In this document: positions 1-10,898 of the stretch, piece after piece | Numbering within the stretch: position 1 is the first letter of the stretch | Layout of the letters: each line of letters opens with the position of its first letter | Assembly: GCA_029717555.1 (NCBI GenBank) | Contig: JAMDHS010000125.1 | Location: 1-47,194, forward strand | DNA length: 47,194 nt | DNA from: Peribolospora baueri | Taxonomy: Eukaryota | Direction: 5' to 3' | Translations under genes and position numbers: made by a program | The notes under the pieces: model-generated | The model's input: only the letters and a program-made list of their open reading frames with translations | The model's database searches: none | Told to the model about the DNA's origin: nothing

Positions 1-763
1 AGGAAGAGCGGGCGATGGAGAGCAAGGTGACCCCGAGAGTCGGACGGGGCCGCCTTTTTATGCTGTTTGCGACATTTGCGATGGACGTCTTACCCAAAGT
101 GACGTCGGTTGCGATCGGCAGCTGCTTAGCGGCCGCGGTGATCGCCAGTCGGGGCCTGGCACGTGAGTAGACGACCATGACGTCATTTCATTTGCGTCGA
201 TGATGAAAACAGACGTCGACCCGGCGTCGATGTGAGCAAGGTATGCAGATGGAACCTCCAATCTTCTGTCCTTCTCACTCACGCTTCACCCAGGCCGAAC
301 TCCCTGACGCAGTCAGGTCGGAGGGATGACGGACCCTGGCGGAAGCTGACGGTCCCTTGGCACGATCGACTGACCACATCGTCCTACCAACCTGACCGCC
401 ACACCAGGCGGGAGACGACTATCAGAATGGGTTCTCCCACAACCAACATCCATCCATCCATCCATACATACATCCATCGAACCCTCTCGTGGCCGCGTTC
501 CGTGTTCTAGAACACCGAAGCGCCGGATCGTCCGCCGTGCCCTTTTTTATTTCTTTTCCCTCATCTTTCCCCTTTGGCCCCTTGGCCTTTCGCCCTCTCC
601 GGTCGGTGCGCTCCGGCTCGCTCGCCCCGTCGTCCCTGTCCTGTCCTATCCTGTCCCGATCGTGATCGGGTTCGGTTCGGCACGCCTCGAAGAAGACGGA
701 CCCGTCATCGTCGTCGTCGTCGTGGCCGTTCCAATGCTGGTCCAGCTCGAAACGGATCCCGAG

Positions 764-1277
764 CTAGCTAGCTGCTCCAGCGGCGACCTCGTCATGACCG
801 CCGTCGTGAGCGGACATCTTGTTCAGCGACTTGGCCACGGACGCTTCGGCGTCCAGAAGAGCACAGAACACGGCCAACCGTATTGTTGAGACGAGGTGAC
901 GACAATTCCGTGAGATCCAAGGCCTGAGCCGAGCCGACGTCAGAGCAGAGTCATGGCTAGAGTCATCATGACTCGTGGTTCTCTTCGCTCGCCTCGCAGT
1001 CGTACTCTCGACTCTCATGCTGAACGTGGCACGGAATAAGCTATTGCTCCTGACACCCTCGAAGTAACTGAGGAGATGTCAGGCATGAACGAGTATGATG
1101 TCGTTCGAGTCCTGTACGAAGACCGGGACGTTGGACCTGCTGGCCAGTACCTTCCTTGTTGCCCAACACCCTAGCGTCGTTCGGGAGCTTCACTTGCATC
1201 CACGCGTAGCCGCCGTGATGCTGGACATTGGCTATCGAGACCGTAATCGGTTCCGAGTTGCCTAGTCCACTATTCTC
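764..1277 (-). pseudogene. 3' part of a decayed, unidentified gene interrupted by the kinase/Nudix segment
   Basis: Minus-strand frames read ENSGLGNSEPITVSIANVQHHGGYAWMQVKLPNDARVLGNK / SNVPVFVQDSNDII / LSYFEGVRSNSLFRATFS. The last frame runs directly into ORF 764..1018. Frameshifts are needed to join the pieces, and no family was recognised. Confidence 0.4.
1064..1277. repeat. Direct repeat copy 1 (~210 bp; partner at 4141..4350)
   Basis: GTAACTGAGGA...CCTAGTCCACTATTCTC aligns by eye to 4141..4350 with about 12 substitutions and 3 small indels (roughly 90% identity). Confidence 0.95.
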
Positions 1278-1485
1278 ACAAATCGCCCGGTGCGTTCGTT
1301 GACAGACAATCCGTCGCAGCTAGCCGCTTCTCTTGATGGCTCCGTCATTTCCGATACGCACACGGCCGCAGCCCCGGTTCTACCCTTGCCCTAACCCTAA
1401 CGTGATCATTCTTTCTTATGGCACGACTCGCTAGTCTACACACCGACAAGCCCCGTCTCTGGGACGATCCCGGCCGCATACGGAA

Positions 1486-2848
1486 CTAGATGCCAAAGCG
1501 AGACACGACGCGATAGACCTCGTCGCAGGTATCCTGGTACGATCCTGTATTGTCGACGACGAGGTCGGCAATGTCGTGGATCTTGTCCGCTCCGCGCGAG
1601 GTCTTGATCTCGTCTTTGGAGGCATCAAATGACTTGCCATCGGCCTCGGTGCGGGTCCGACGCAGCTCAAGGGGCGTGTCGAGGTAAACGACCAGGAGCT
1701 TGGCCGATGGGGATTGAAAGTCGTTTGAGGGCCGGCCGACGGCCGTGCACCCCAGCTTGCCGGGAACGCCATGGCCGATCAGCTCGCGTAAACGGCAAGT
1801 GAGCTTGTAGCAGTGCAAGCTCTCGAGCGTGATGACCTGGACCCACCGATGCCAGCGCGAGAAGCGGTCAAGTTCGTGCACGAGTTCCAAGGCCTGCTCA
1901 TTCTCGGACAGCTCGTAGATGTTGCATTCCAGCCGCGCGCCGGCTAACTCAAGCAGGTAGCCGATCTTGAGACGAAAGGCGCCTCCAGCCGTGGCGACAA
2001 AGGCCCTCGAAACAGTCTCCGTGGCCACCGTCGACTTCCCGCATTTCGAGAGGCCGCCAAAGGTCGGGCAGCAGCGCAGGTTGTGGAGTAAGGGTTTCCA
2101 AGAGTGGCCGGCACCGCACACACGCTGAATGGCCTCGGTGACTTTCGAGAGCGTCTCAATGAACGTTTCGCCATCCCCGCGCAGAATAACCTCTGTGTAG
2201 CGCCCAGCGATGACCTGCGCGTTCGAGAGCATCATCAAACAGCTTTTGATACCGGCGATTAATGGGAGGCACTGGTTCATACCGTCCCTCCTCCTCCAGG
2301 GACCACTCCACTGCATCTTTGATACGCCCAGCTCGGCGCAAAAGAAGACAGATGTGCTCGGCAGGAAAAGCTGTGCCCATGTCGGCGAGAATGCCGCCGA
2401 GTCGTTGCTCTGCCTCGCTCAAGTCAATCGAGTGGCGGAGGCCGATACGTGCCACACAGGCTGCCTCAAACATAAGGGAGGAGCGGTCGAGGATACTGCC
2501 GGGCAGCGACAAAGTTTGACCTCTGACCTCGATAGGTTTGGGGCGACTTTCTACCGTATTGAAAGCTTTAGCGGCTTCGTGGCGAGCCTGGCAGGCTCGC
2601 AGGGTTGTCTGAACGAACACTTCATCGCTCGCTCCACCCGTTAGAAATTCTCCTCCTTCGGCCTCGTCACCAAACCACCAAAGGGCGAGGGAGCCGTCAT
2701 TGATTATCCCATTCATCTCCTCATCGTAGAGATGGATGCCGCCGAAATGAGTCAGAGGCCATGAACGGGGAAAGAGGCTGAGGACAGTTTTCTTGTCAAT
2801 GTTGTCGGGGCTGGAAAGGGAGATAGTGAGGCGAGGGTGGTCAGACAT
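1486..2848 (-). pseudogene. Tandem (two-domain) NMP/thymidylate-kinase-like P-loop protein, split by a single frameshift near 2218
   Basis: ORF 2156..2980 from ATG 2848 has a degenerate P-loop (ISLSSPDNIDKKT) and an ILDRS motif like the thymidylate kinase DR motif. ORF 1486..2316 has an intact Walker A (GLSKCGKST), plus VVYLDTPLELRRTR and ADLVVDN. Removing one base from GAA CGC G CAG (2224-2215) gives one intronless ORF of ~453 aa. Confidence 0.7.
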
Positions 2849-3200
2849 GTCCGTGAAATGGATGTTTGGCTTCTTTGACGACGTCTGAAGGAGAGGGGAA
2901 GATGAAAGAGGCAGAGCCGGAGTTGATGTGGATGGGTGGCGCTTGCGTGGAAGAGTATCAAAAGGAGTGGGCTTGGGCAAAGATTGAGCAGCGAGTTACC
3001 TTGCCCTTCATATACGTGCCAGCAGCGACGGGAAGGACAAAGGTCGACTGTCAATCTATAATTGTGGGTCCCTTACCGCTATCGGTCAGAGCTGGTATTG
3101 TACAGCAATAGATAATCCTTTACGTACTCGATTACGACGGGTGTCGTCACTACAGTCAAGGCTCCAGGGCACGCCGAGCTCGCTCTTGTTCTTCAAGAAC

Positions 3201-3749
3201 TCACTCATACGTATCCTTGACGAGCTGGGTGGCCCTTCGAACCACCTCCTTGTCTTCCGGATACGTGACCTTGCCGAGCGCCTCATCGATCCCGAAGAAG
3301 TGTGCTTCAAAATCTTCATTTGCCATCTGCGTGCCCTCCTGGTGCTCGTGGCCTTCGACCTTTGCAACGAACCACCAGATCATCTTGACGTTGCGCTCCG
3401 CGATATGGCGGAGTGTGATCGCGAACGGTTCCGTAGCGTTCTCCACCGTCTCAGCAACGTCGCCGGTGACTGCATTAGCCGGGTGGGCACGCGTGTCCAT
3501 GCGGACGGGGAGGACGGAGGCATGGTATCCGGTCTCTTCGAACGTCTCGCGAAGCGCGGCCTCCAGGAGCGGCTCAGATAGATCCTTACGGCCTTTAGGG
3601 AGGTGCCACTCGTCCTTGACACGTTGGTGAAGGAGGCAAACTTGGATCTGCTTCTCTTGCGTGTTGCAGGGGCGAGGAAACTTGAAGAGTACGCAACCAG
3701 CGGAGATGACGAACTGCTCCGAGAAGTAGAGAGAGACGGGATGGACCAT
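3201..3749 (-). CDS. Nudix hydrolase, intronless, 182 aa
   Basis: Complete Nudix box GRKDLSEPLLEAALRETFEETGY (G-x5-E-x7-RE-U-x-EE-x-G-U), preceded by SAGCVLF and WHLPKG; intact ATG-to-stop. Confidence 0.92.
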   Translation of the reverse strand: MVHPVSLYFSEQFVISAGCVLFKFPRPCNTQEKQIQVCLLHQRVKDEWHLPKGRKDLSEPLLEAALRETFEETGYHASVLPVRMDTRAHPANAVTGDVAETVENATEPFAITLRHIAERNVKMIWWFVAKVEGHEHQEGTQMANEDFEAHFFGIDEALGKVTYPEDKEVVRRATQLVKDTYE

Positions 3750-4140
3750 CTTGTGAGGCTTTTGGAGACAACGTGAGAAGTGACAAGGATATGCGAGGAA
3801 GGTTGCATGTTCTTCGAGAGTGGCCGACAGAAGAAATGATAATAAATATTGCTTTTACTTATAAAATGCTAAATTTATGTTTATAGAAACTAAAATAAAT
3901 TTGTGTGCGGAGGCGCAAGAAGAAACTTTTTCCGGTCGCAGCGGAGAGACAATAGGAAGAAATCAGCCACTTCATCGACTTCCTCAAAGCCAGAGTTGTG
4001 AAATACCATGAAACCGTCACGCAGGTGGCGCTGGTTTCCGTCGGTGAGGAAGCCGAAGAACTACCCGGGCTGCACCTCGCGAACGCCCGCAATGTCCGTC
4101 ACAAGGTGGTCACCCTGCTTGCTGGCGTCGGCGGCGTGAG

Positions 4141-4350
4141 GTAACTGAGGAGGATGTCAGGCACGAGTATGATGTCGTTCGAGTCCTGTACGAAGACCGG
4201 GACGTTGGACCTGCTGGCCAATACCTTCCTTGTTGCCCGACACCCTAGCGTCGTTCGGGAGCTTGGCTTGCATCCACGCGTAGCCGTCTTGATGCTGGAC
4301 ATTGGGTGTCGAGACCGTAGTCGGTACCGAGTGCCTAGCCCACTACTCTC
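4141..4350. repeat. Direct repeat copy 2 (partner at 1064..1277)
   Basis: Same orientation and near-identical to 1064..1277. Confidence 0.95.
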
Positions 4351-4600
4351 GCCTGGTGCATTATATCCTTCACCATCTCGTCAAGTATGTCCCGGACGAG
4401 GACGACAACCTAGGCATTGGTCGCGTCACCGATGTCGCGATCCCTAGCAACCTCGAAGGAGAAGCTTTTCATCTCCTCGATGTTGCCCTCGGACAGCCAC
4501 GCTTCATCCTTGAGCTCCAGGGAGTTCCTGTCCACCTTCAGATACTCTCCTGTGACCTCCTTGGATCGGGGAATGAGTGCCAGACGACATAGTTGATCTA
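4141..4600 (-). pseudogene. 5' part of the decayed gene that overlaps the direct repeat
   Basis: Protein-like minus frame LALIPRSKEVTGEYLKVDRNSLELKDEAWLSEGNIEEMKSFSFEVARDRDIGDATNA*VVVLVRDILDEMVKDIMHQAR, with an in-frame TAG at 4410-4412, leads into the repeat. Confidence 0.4.
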
Positions 4601-5415
4601 ACTGGGAGTGGAATGAATTTCGTGGACCCGAGCTCACACAAGACATGACATGCCTTTGTTTCGTCCCTCCTACAAATGGATTAGTACGGGCTCGGCCATA
4701 CTTTGGCTAATCTGATGTCAGCTCTTTATCTCGCTTACGTAGCCGATCGAACCCACTTCATCGATCGATCGGTCGACGACGTCCATCCGTTCCATCCATC
4801 CTTCCCATCCTTTCGTCTTTCCTTCTCGCCAGCCCTCCACCGCCCGTCGTCCCGGACGGAACGGTTCGGCTGGCTGCCTCGCCCTTCCGGCCCTCATCGC
4901 GCCCGACTCGTCCGCTCCAGTGTATGGACCGGGCTACGGCCGAACGAATGAACGAACGAACGAAACGAACCGAACGAAACGCAAACGAAAACGGAACGAA
5001 ACGAAACGAATGCGATCGGATTACATCATGCACAACGGCACGCCCGCGGCTTAAGCGCGCCGCTCCGCTCATCGCCTCCGCGAGTGAGCCGTCGGTGCGA
5101 TCGACTTACATGCGACGGACTGCTGACGGGGGTCCAGACGAGCGAGTTGGCCCGATCAGGCTACGTTGTGTGCGTTGGACGGACGACGGACGACTTGGTG
5201 GGAAGCAAGACACGAGGGACGGACGAAATACAAGCTCGATCTCAGGAATCCGAACCTACTCCCTTTAGGGGCAAAGCAAGCTGACGAGACTCCATCGATA
5301 CGGGGAAAAGAGTACACGAGCGATCAGGAACACGGACGAGGAGATGGGTGGAAGGACGATAGAGGCGAAAGATGGGCGGCCGTGAGCTGACGGAGGCGCC
5401 GACGCGCGCGCTCGC

Positions 5416-8137
5416 TTACTGCGAGCGGGCGTTCTTGGCCAGCTGCTTGATCTTGACGATGATGGCTGAAAGGCGAGGGAGAGCATCGAATCCGTCAGGC
5501 GGGCGCGCTTCTTTTGACAAAGATAGAGGTCGAGGTGTGACCAGCCAGCGACTCACACTGCGGGTCGAGTCCTTGGTGGTAGACCTGCTCGCCGAGGCCA
5601 CCGCAGCCTGTTAGGATGGCAGAGCGTGTGAAGTGCGAACGAAAGGAGACAAAGCCGTGAGGCGAAAAAACGTCACCACCGTCCAAACGTGTTCGTTCGG
5701 TGACGAGCCAAAACCGCGCCTCAGCAAGCCGTCACCCACCCTCCCTGTTGGTCCCCATGTACCCGTACTTGGGCCTCAAGTCGCGCTGGAGGAGCCACGT
5801 GCCGAGCTTGGAACCGAGGCCGGTGCGTTGGTTGAGCGTCTCGACGACGAGGACGAAAGGAGATTGGCCGATCTTTTTGAGGGCCTGGGGGGGGAAGAAG
5901 AGATGGGAAGAAGCGGCATGAGAGACGACGGGCGGCAGGAAGGCGAGAGATGAGGAAAGGAAAGCATGCAAGGTGCGAGCGTTACTCTCGCCGCCTCACC
6001 TCTTCGTCGACGAGGTTGAGCGTGACCTTGTTGAGCAAGCCAACATCGTAGCCTTCCTTGCGAACGCGCTCGATGGCATCGAGGGAGCGGTACACGCTGT
6101 CTCCGAACGAGACCACCCATCCGTCCGTGCCGTTGCGCACCACCTCGTCCTTTCCGGGAACAAATTGGTAGTCTCCTTCGTACATCTTCGATCCGTCTTC
6201 CTTGAGGATCCAGGGAACCTTAGAACGAGTGGAGAAGACGAAGCGGAGGCCTTTGTCGAAGAAGACGCGGCGGATCACCGCCGTCATTTGGGCTGGATCA
6301 GCTGGGAAGTAGAGTGCCGTGGTGTGTCCGTCTTCGAGACCGTTGTCGGCGAACATGTTGTTGAGGCCGAAGTGGCACCTGTGACGCATGGGCGATCGAC
6401 AGCGAAAACCCAGGTCGGTCGGGAAGCCGAGGGAGCGTTCGGACGAGCCTCCAAACAAACGCTCTAAAGCAAGACCAGAAAATGTGGTTTCCACTCACGT
6501 GTTGTCGGCAATCTCGTCGATGCCAGCATGAGAAAAGTGGCAAAGGACGTTGACAAAGTTGAGACGGGCCATGGTGATCTCCGACACGCACATCTCGAGA
6601 AAGGCGGAAAAGGTGGAGAAGACGCCTGGGCGGGCGGTCGAAGAGAAAAAAAGAGGGTTGGCTGGGCTGAGCTGCCGCTCGCGTTTACCCCGTGCTGCCG
6701 TGTCCATGTCAGGCTTACCGAATTTGTCATGATCGAATCCAAAGCCAGCGGCGGCAGAGAAATTGCCACGCTCCATGACGCCGGACGAGACAAAGACCTC
6801 GGGATGCTTCTGGTGAATGACCTTGAGGCCGGTGGACCCTTCGAGGTCAGAGTCGATGACCATGACTTTGTCCTTGGCCTCCTGTTTGCCAAGCCCGTCG
6901 AGGACGGTAGAGACGGTCTCGCCAAAGACGACGCGGTTCGCGCCGACTTGCTTGGTGGACCCTTCGTAGAGGTATGGAAGCGAGGAGGGCTTGATGCTCT
7001 TGAGGATCTCGACGGCCTTGGTGTGGCCACGCTGCTCGAGGTACTTGATCGCCGTGTCGACGGGGATCACGTCGTGACCTTTGGGCGAACCTTCGAGGCC
7101 CTCGAGGCCGGGACACATGATGCGGTTGGAGATGACTGACAAGTCGCACGCACGCACGCATCGTAAGAAGAGCGGAGGTGTGAACAAGTGGAGGGGCGCT
7201 TTCCATCGAAAGCGCCCACGTCGGTCTCTCTCGCTAGAGGCGCGACTCACCAGCCGCGGGTCCCTGCGAAGAGACGCACTGGCTGATGGCGCCCCATAGG
7301 CTATCGATGTCTTCTCCATCGGCCTCGAACACCGTCAAGCCGTGTCCCTCGAGCGTTCGTTTGAGCTTGAACCCTTTGAGGTATTCGGACGGGTGACCGC
7401 TGCGGGAAAGCAAATCGAAAGCAAGGGAAAGAAATTGCATTCGTAGGTCAGACACGTAGATGATCGGTAGTGCGTGCGCGTGCGTGGGGTGCGGGGGCGG
7501 GGGGGGGGGGAAGCGGGGGAGAAACGGATACGGACGAGATGGTCACGTCGTTGTTGTCAATGAACAGCTTGACATTGAGCCCCTTGGCCACAGCGAGACG
7601 GGCCGCCTCGGCGTCATTGCCCTCCTGCTGACTGCCGTCCGAACCGAGCAAGAAGACAGCCTTGCCACGGTTAGCCATGGCGACGCCATTAACAAACGGC
7701 CACATGTGACCTAGCCTTCCCGAAGAGAATTTTACGCCGGGCGTTAGGCCGAGTTCTGGGTGGCCGGGAAGACGGGAATGGGCGGCGCGGTAGTTGAGCA
7801 GCTGCTCTGGTGGTAGATGGCCGTGGAGGGCCGAGAGGAGGTACTGCGTGGCGACGCGGTGTCCGGCCTCGTCAAAGAGGACGGGCACGTACTTGGAGGG
7901 CGATTTTGCCAAAAGGCCCATGAGAAGGGTGACTTCGGGCGCAGTGCCGTACGGCCCACCCGTATGGCCACTCAAGCCTCTGGCGGCGCCCGTGGCGGTG
8001 AAGGCGATGATGGCATCGCGAAAGACGCTGATGTTGGCGAGGATTGCCTTCTTCTGATCCTCGGCGAGCGGTCCTTGGGTCGGATCGAGCGGCACGGGCT
8101 TGTACTTGGAGAGGTCGATGGGGAATTGGGATGCCAT
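5416..8137 (-). CDS. Transketolase-family thiamine-diphosphate enzyme (divergent), ~639 aa; exons 8137-7536, 7399-7251, 7135-6719, 6625-6499, 6378-6000, 5884-5740, 5607-5557, 5465-5416
   Basis: ThDP-binding motif SDGSQQEG...DNN, plus SGHTGG, GHPE, SSGRLGH, DSDLEGSTG, GVMERGN and FSHAG. All seven introns are GT-AG and the exon total (1920 nt) is in frame. Confidence 0.9.
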
Positions 8138-8985
8138 GGTTCTGAAAAAGAGTTAAGGCGAAGCTCGTCTAGATGGACGAAAGGAAGGAAGGAGAAGGAA
8201 AGACGGCCGGGACGGTTTGGTTTGGCTCTCTTGTCTGATCACGATCGCCGGCGTCATGAGGTGATCGAGAGCGAAACGACTGTCGTCACCACGACGACGA
8301 ACGACGATCATCAGCACGGCTGGCCATCCACGATCACGTTTCCTTCTCTCGCAAACTCATCGACGTCCTTTCGGCGGGCGAAAGACGGTCGATCCAAGGT
8401 TTCTCTTGAGGCAACGACGTCATGAGAGGGAGGGTGCTGACGAGCTCCATCCGCCGGACGTTTTCTTTCTATACATATACAGGTAGATATATTTTCCGCC
8501 GCTTTCTGCGACGACTAGCGCCGGAAGATACGTCGAGCCGCTGGACCGTTCATCAAAGATTTCTGGACAAGGGTTACTTACCTATCTATCTATCAGACTC
8601 CTCGTCGTCTCGCTCTTTCACACTGACCCTCCGGTCCATTTCTCACCTGGCCTTGTCCCCAAGCGCATCTAGCGCCTCCTTCGCCGCTGACATACCATCT
8701 CATGCATGATCGATCCCCTCTTCTGGCGATCGCGGCCTGAGGGCCATCTCGGAAGAGGACGAGGATTGGTTCGCAAGGGCAGGATCGTGACGATAACGGT
8801 ACAAGATACAACCTGAGCTAGAGAGCGAGGGATGGTGGCACGATTAGGAGGGGGAGTGCAGTTGTAGACGAGATGACAGGAGGACCGATGGATTGTAGGC
8901 GTTGGGTTGGGGTGGCGACCAAGTCGTGAATGGATGGATGGGGTGACCGGTTCGTGGTGCCGTTGGCGGCGAAGAGGGGGACGCA

Positions 8986-9363
8986 TCACCATGAGTCGCC
9001 GTGGAGCCACTGTGGGCAGGAGTGAGACCGAAGGAAGCGAGGGACGACGGTCAGCGCCGACGACCAGGGGGCTCCGACGTGGGCTCCCTTGTCGAACCGA
9101 CACTTACCTCTGCCTTCTGAGCCTCGTTATCACGAGCCTGCATGAGCCCGTCGTGGGCCGTCTCGCCAGCGGGAGGGAGCTGCAGGAACGTTGGGATGGG
9201 GATGGGGATGGATGCGCATGGGACGAAGGGCATGAACGGCACCAGGTCAGTTTACGGCAGTGAGCGAGGCCTTGGAGGGCGGTGTGAGTGAACGCACAGG
9301 AGCAGCGACGGCAAAGCCGATGGCGAGGAGAGGGAGGAAGAAGAGGGAGAAGGAAAGCTTCAT
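8986..9363 (-). CDS. Small secreted peptide, 53 aa: MKLSFSLFFLPLLAIGFAVAAPLPPAGETAHDGLMQARDNEAQKAEWLHGDSW; exons 9363-9298, 9179-9108, 9009-8986
   Basis: ATG followed by a hydrophobic signal peptide ending AVAAP. Two phase-0 introns (GTGCGT..CTGAC..CAG and GTAAGT..GCTGAC..CAG), each with no AG between branch site and acceptor. TATA-like CATATA ~125 nt upstream. Confidence 0.72.
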
Positions 9364-9762
9364 GTCGAGTTTGGGCGTGGTGGGGAAGTTTTAGGATATG
9401 TGAGCGCTGGAAGAAGAGGCGAGCGAGGAGGAGAGCGCAGAAAGTAGGGGCCGGGGCAGGGAGCAAAGGGTTGACAGGGTGGCGGTATATGTAGGTGGGA
9501 GGGGGGCGAGGAACGGTAGGCGAGCTAGACTCGAAACCTGGTCAGGGCGGGGGTTGAGACAGCGGGGACAAAGATGAGGAGCCCCCCGGGACATGGCCAG
9601 GCGATGTCTGCGCATCAATGAGCGCGGAGGGATCAGTGAAGAGACAGAGCTGTGTCTGTCTCGTCTGGATGACGGAGTGACACAAAGAAACAGAAGAAAC
9701 AGAAAGATAGACAGACGCAACGCAACGGGCGGTGGTGCGACTTTTTTTCTTTTTTTTTTTTT

Positions 9763-9795
<33 letters not shown>

Positions 9796-10210
9796 TGTTG
9801 TCTTGTCTGGGCGCGCTCGACCTGGGCAGACGTGGCGCAACGCAACGCAACGCACTCCGTCCTCTCCGACCACCGCCTTTTGCCTTTGCCTCGTCCGACG
9901 GGGCGGCCGGGCCGGGCCAGGGCAGGGCTTGCTGTGCGACGCGAAGGGTTGCGCGCCGGCGAACCTGTGTATAACGCGGGACGATACGGAGATGGGAGAC
10001 GGAGACGATCGAGGGCCGACGGTGGGTAGTGAGTCGGTCGGTGCGCTGGCAAACACAGGGGAGCGAGGAGTGAGGGGCGGCCGATCGGATCGGACGGGAC
10101 CTGGCGTGGTGGTCCTTGCTGGGCTTGCCTCCTGACAGCGGCGCTTAGGACGGACGCCGGGATGGATATGGATGGATGGCCGGTAAGCGCAGCGCAGCGA
10201 CGGCGTGGCA

Positions 10211-10260
10211 CTCACTTCAGTTCACTTCACTTCACTTCACTTCACTTCACTTCACTTACT
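10211..10260. repeat. (TTCAC)n pentanucleotide microsatellite
   Basis: Visible tandem TTCAC units. Confidence 0.9.
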
Positions 10261-10898
10261 CCCCTCTCTGTCGTCGGTCGCGAGCGGAAGGAAGAGAAGG
10301 ACGCCGATGGAATGGACCGATGGACTGGCTGGACAAGACGAGACGAGATGACTCGAGACGAGATAAGATGGCGGGCTGCCGAACGCGTCCACCGCGCCGC
10401 CACGGGATCCGATCCGACCCGACCTCGTCCGGCAGACAGACGACGATGGACGGACAACCAGCGAGGCGCGAGGCGAGGCGTAGCGCAGCACGACGACGAC
10501 AACAACAACAACATCAACGAGACGAGGTTCGCCATCGCGCCGCCCTTCAGTAACGAAGACGGACGCGTGACAAGTCGTCGTCCCTCTTCTCCCGCAGACC
10601 GAACGAAGCCAACCGGTCTGGTCTGTCTGTCTGTCTGTCTCTTCACCCGTCCTCCCGTCGACGCGGACGCTGCTGGCGTGCCCCGGGATGGGGGACGGGA
10701 GGGCGATGCGATGCGATGTAATGCCATCCATCCCGCTGGGTTCGGTGGCTTGTGTTTTTCAAGCCTCGGTTCGTGCTGTTGTCGCTCACACGCGCCTCTC
10801 TTCACCGCCCACCGTCGTCCAATCAAGTGTTGCATTGCGAAACGTATGTGGACGAAAGAGGATGCAGATAGACAAATAGATAGATAGATGGCCGATCA

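Noticed and set aside
1..510. Short ORFs at the window start
   Set aside because: No recognisable motifs or consistent splice structure.
1389..1400. Telomere-like CCCTAACCCTAA near the insert edge
   Set aside because: Only two units, which is compatible with chance.
1064..4350. LTR retrotransposon interpretation of the direct repeats
   Set aside because: No TG..CA termini, no short target-site duplication, and no gag/pol or transposase motifs; coding-like sequence continues outward from both copies.
8590..8815. Minus frame with in-frame TGAs (..IDHA*DGMSAAKEALDALGDKAR*EMDRR..) as recoding or selenoprotein
   Set aside because: No start codon or recognisable domain, and other genes here use TGA as stop. 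More likely 3' UTR of the peptide gene or transketolase promoter.
9391..10887. Several 180-270 aa ORFs in the spacer between the peptide gene and GET1
   Set aside because: Low-complexity translations of microsatellites in stop-poor GC-rich DNA.
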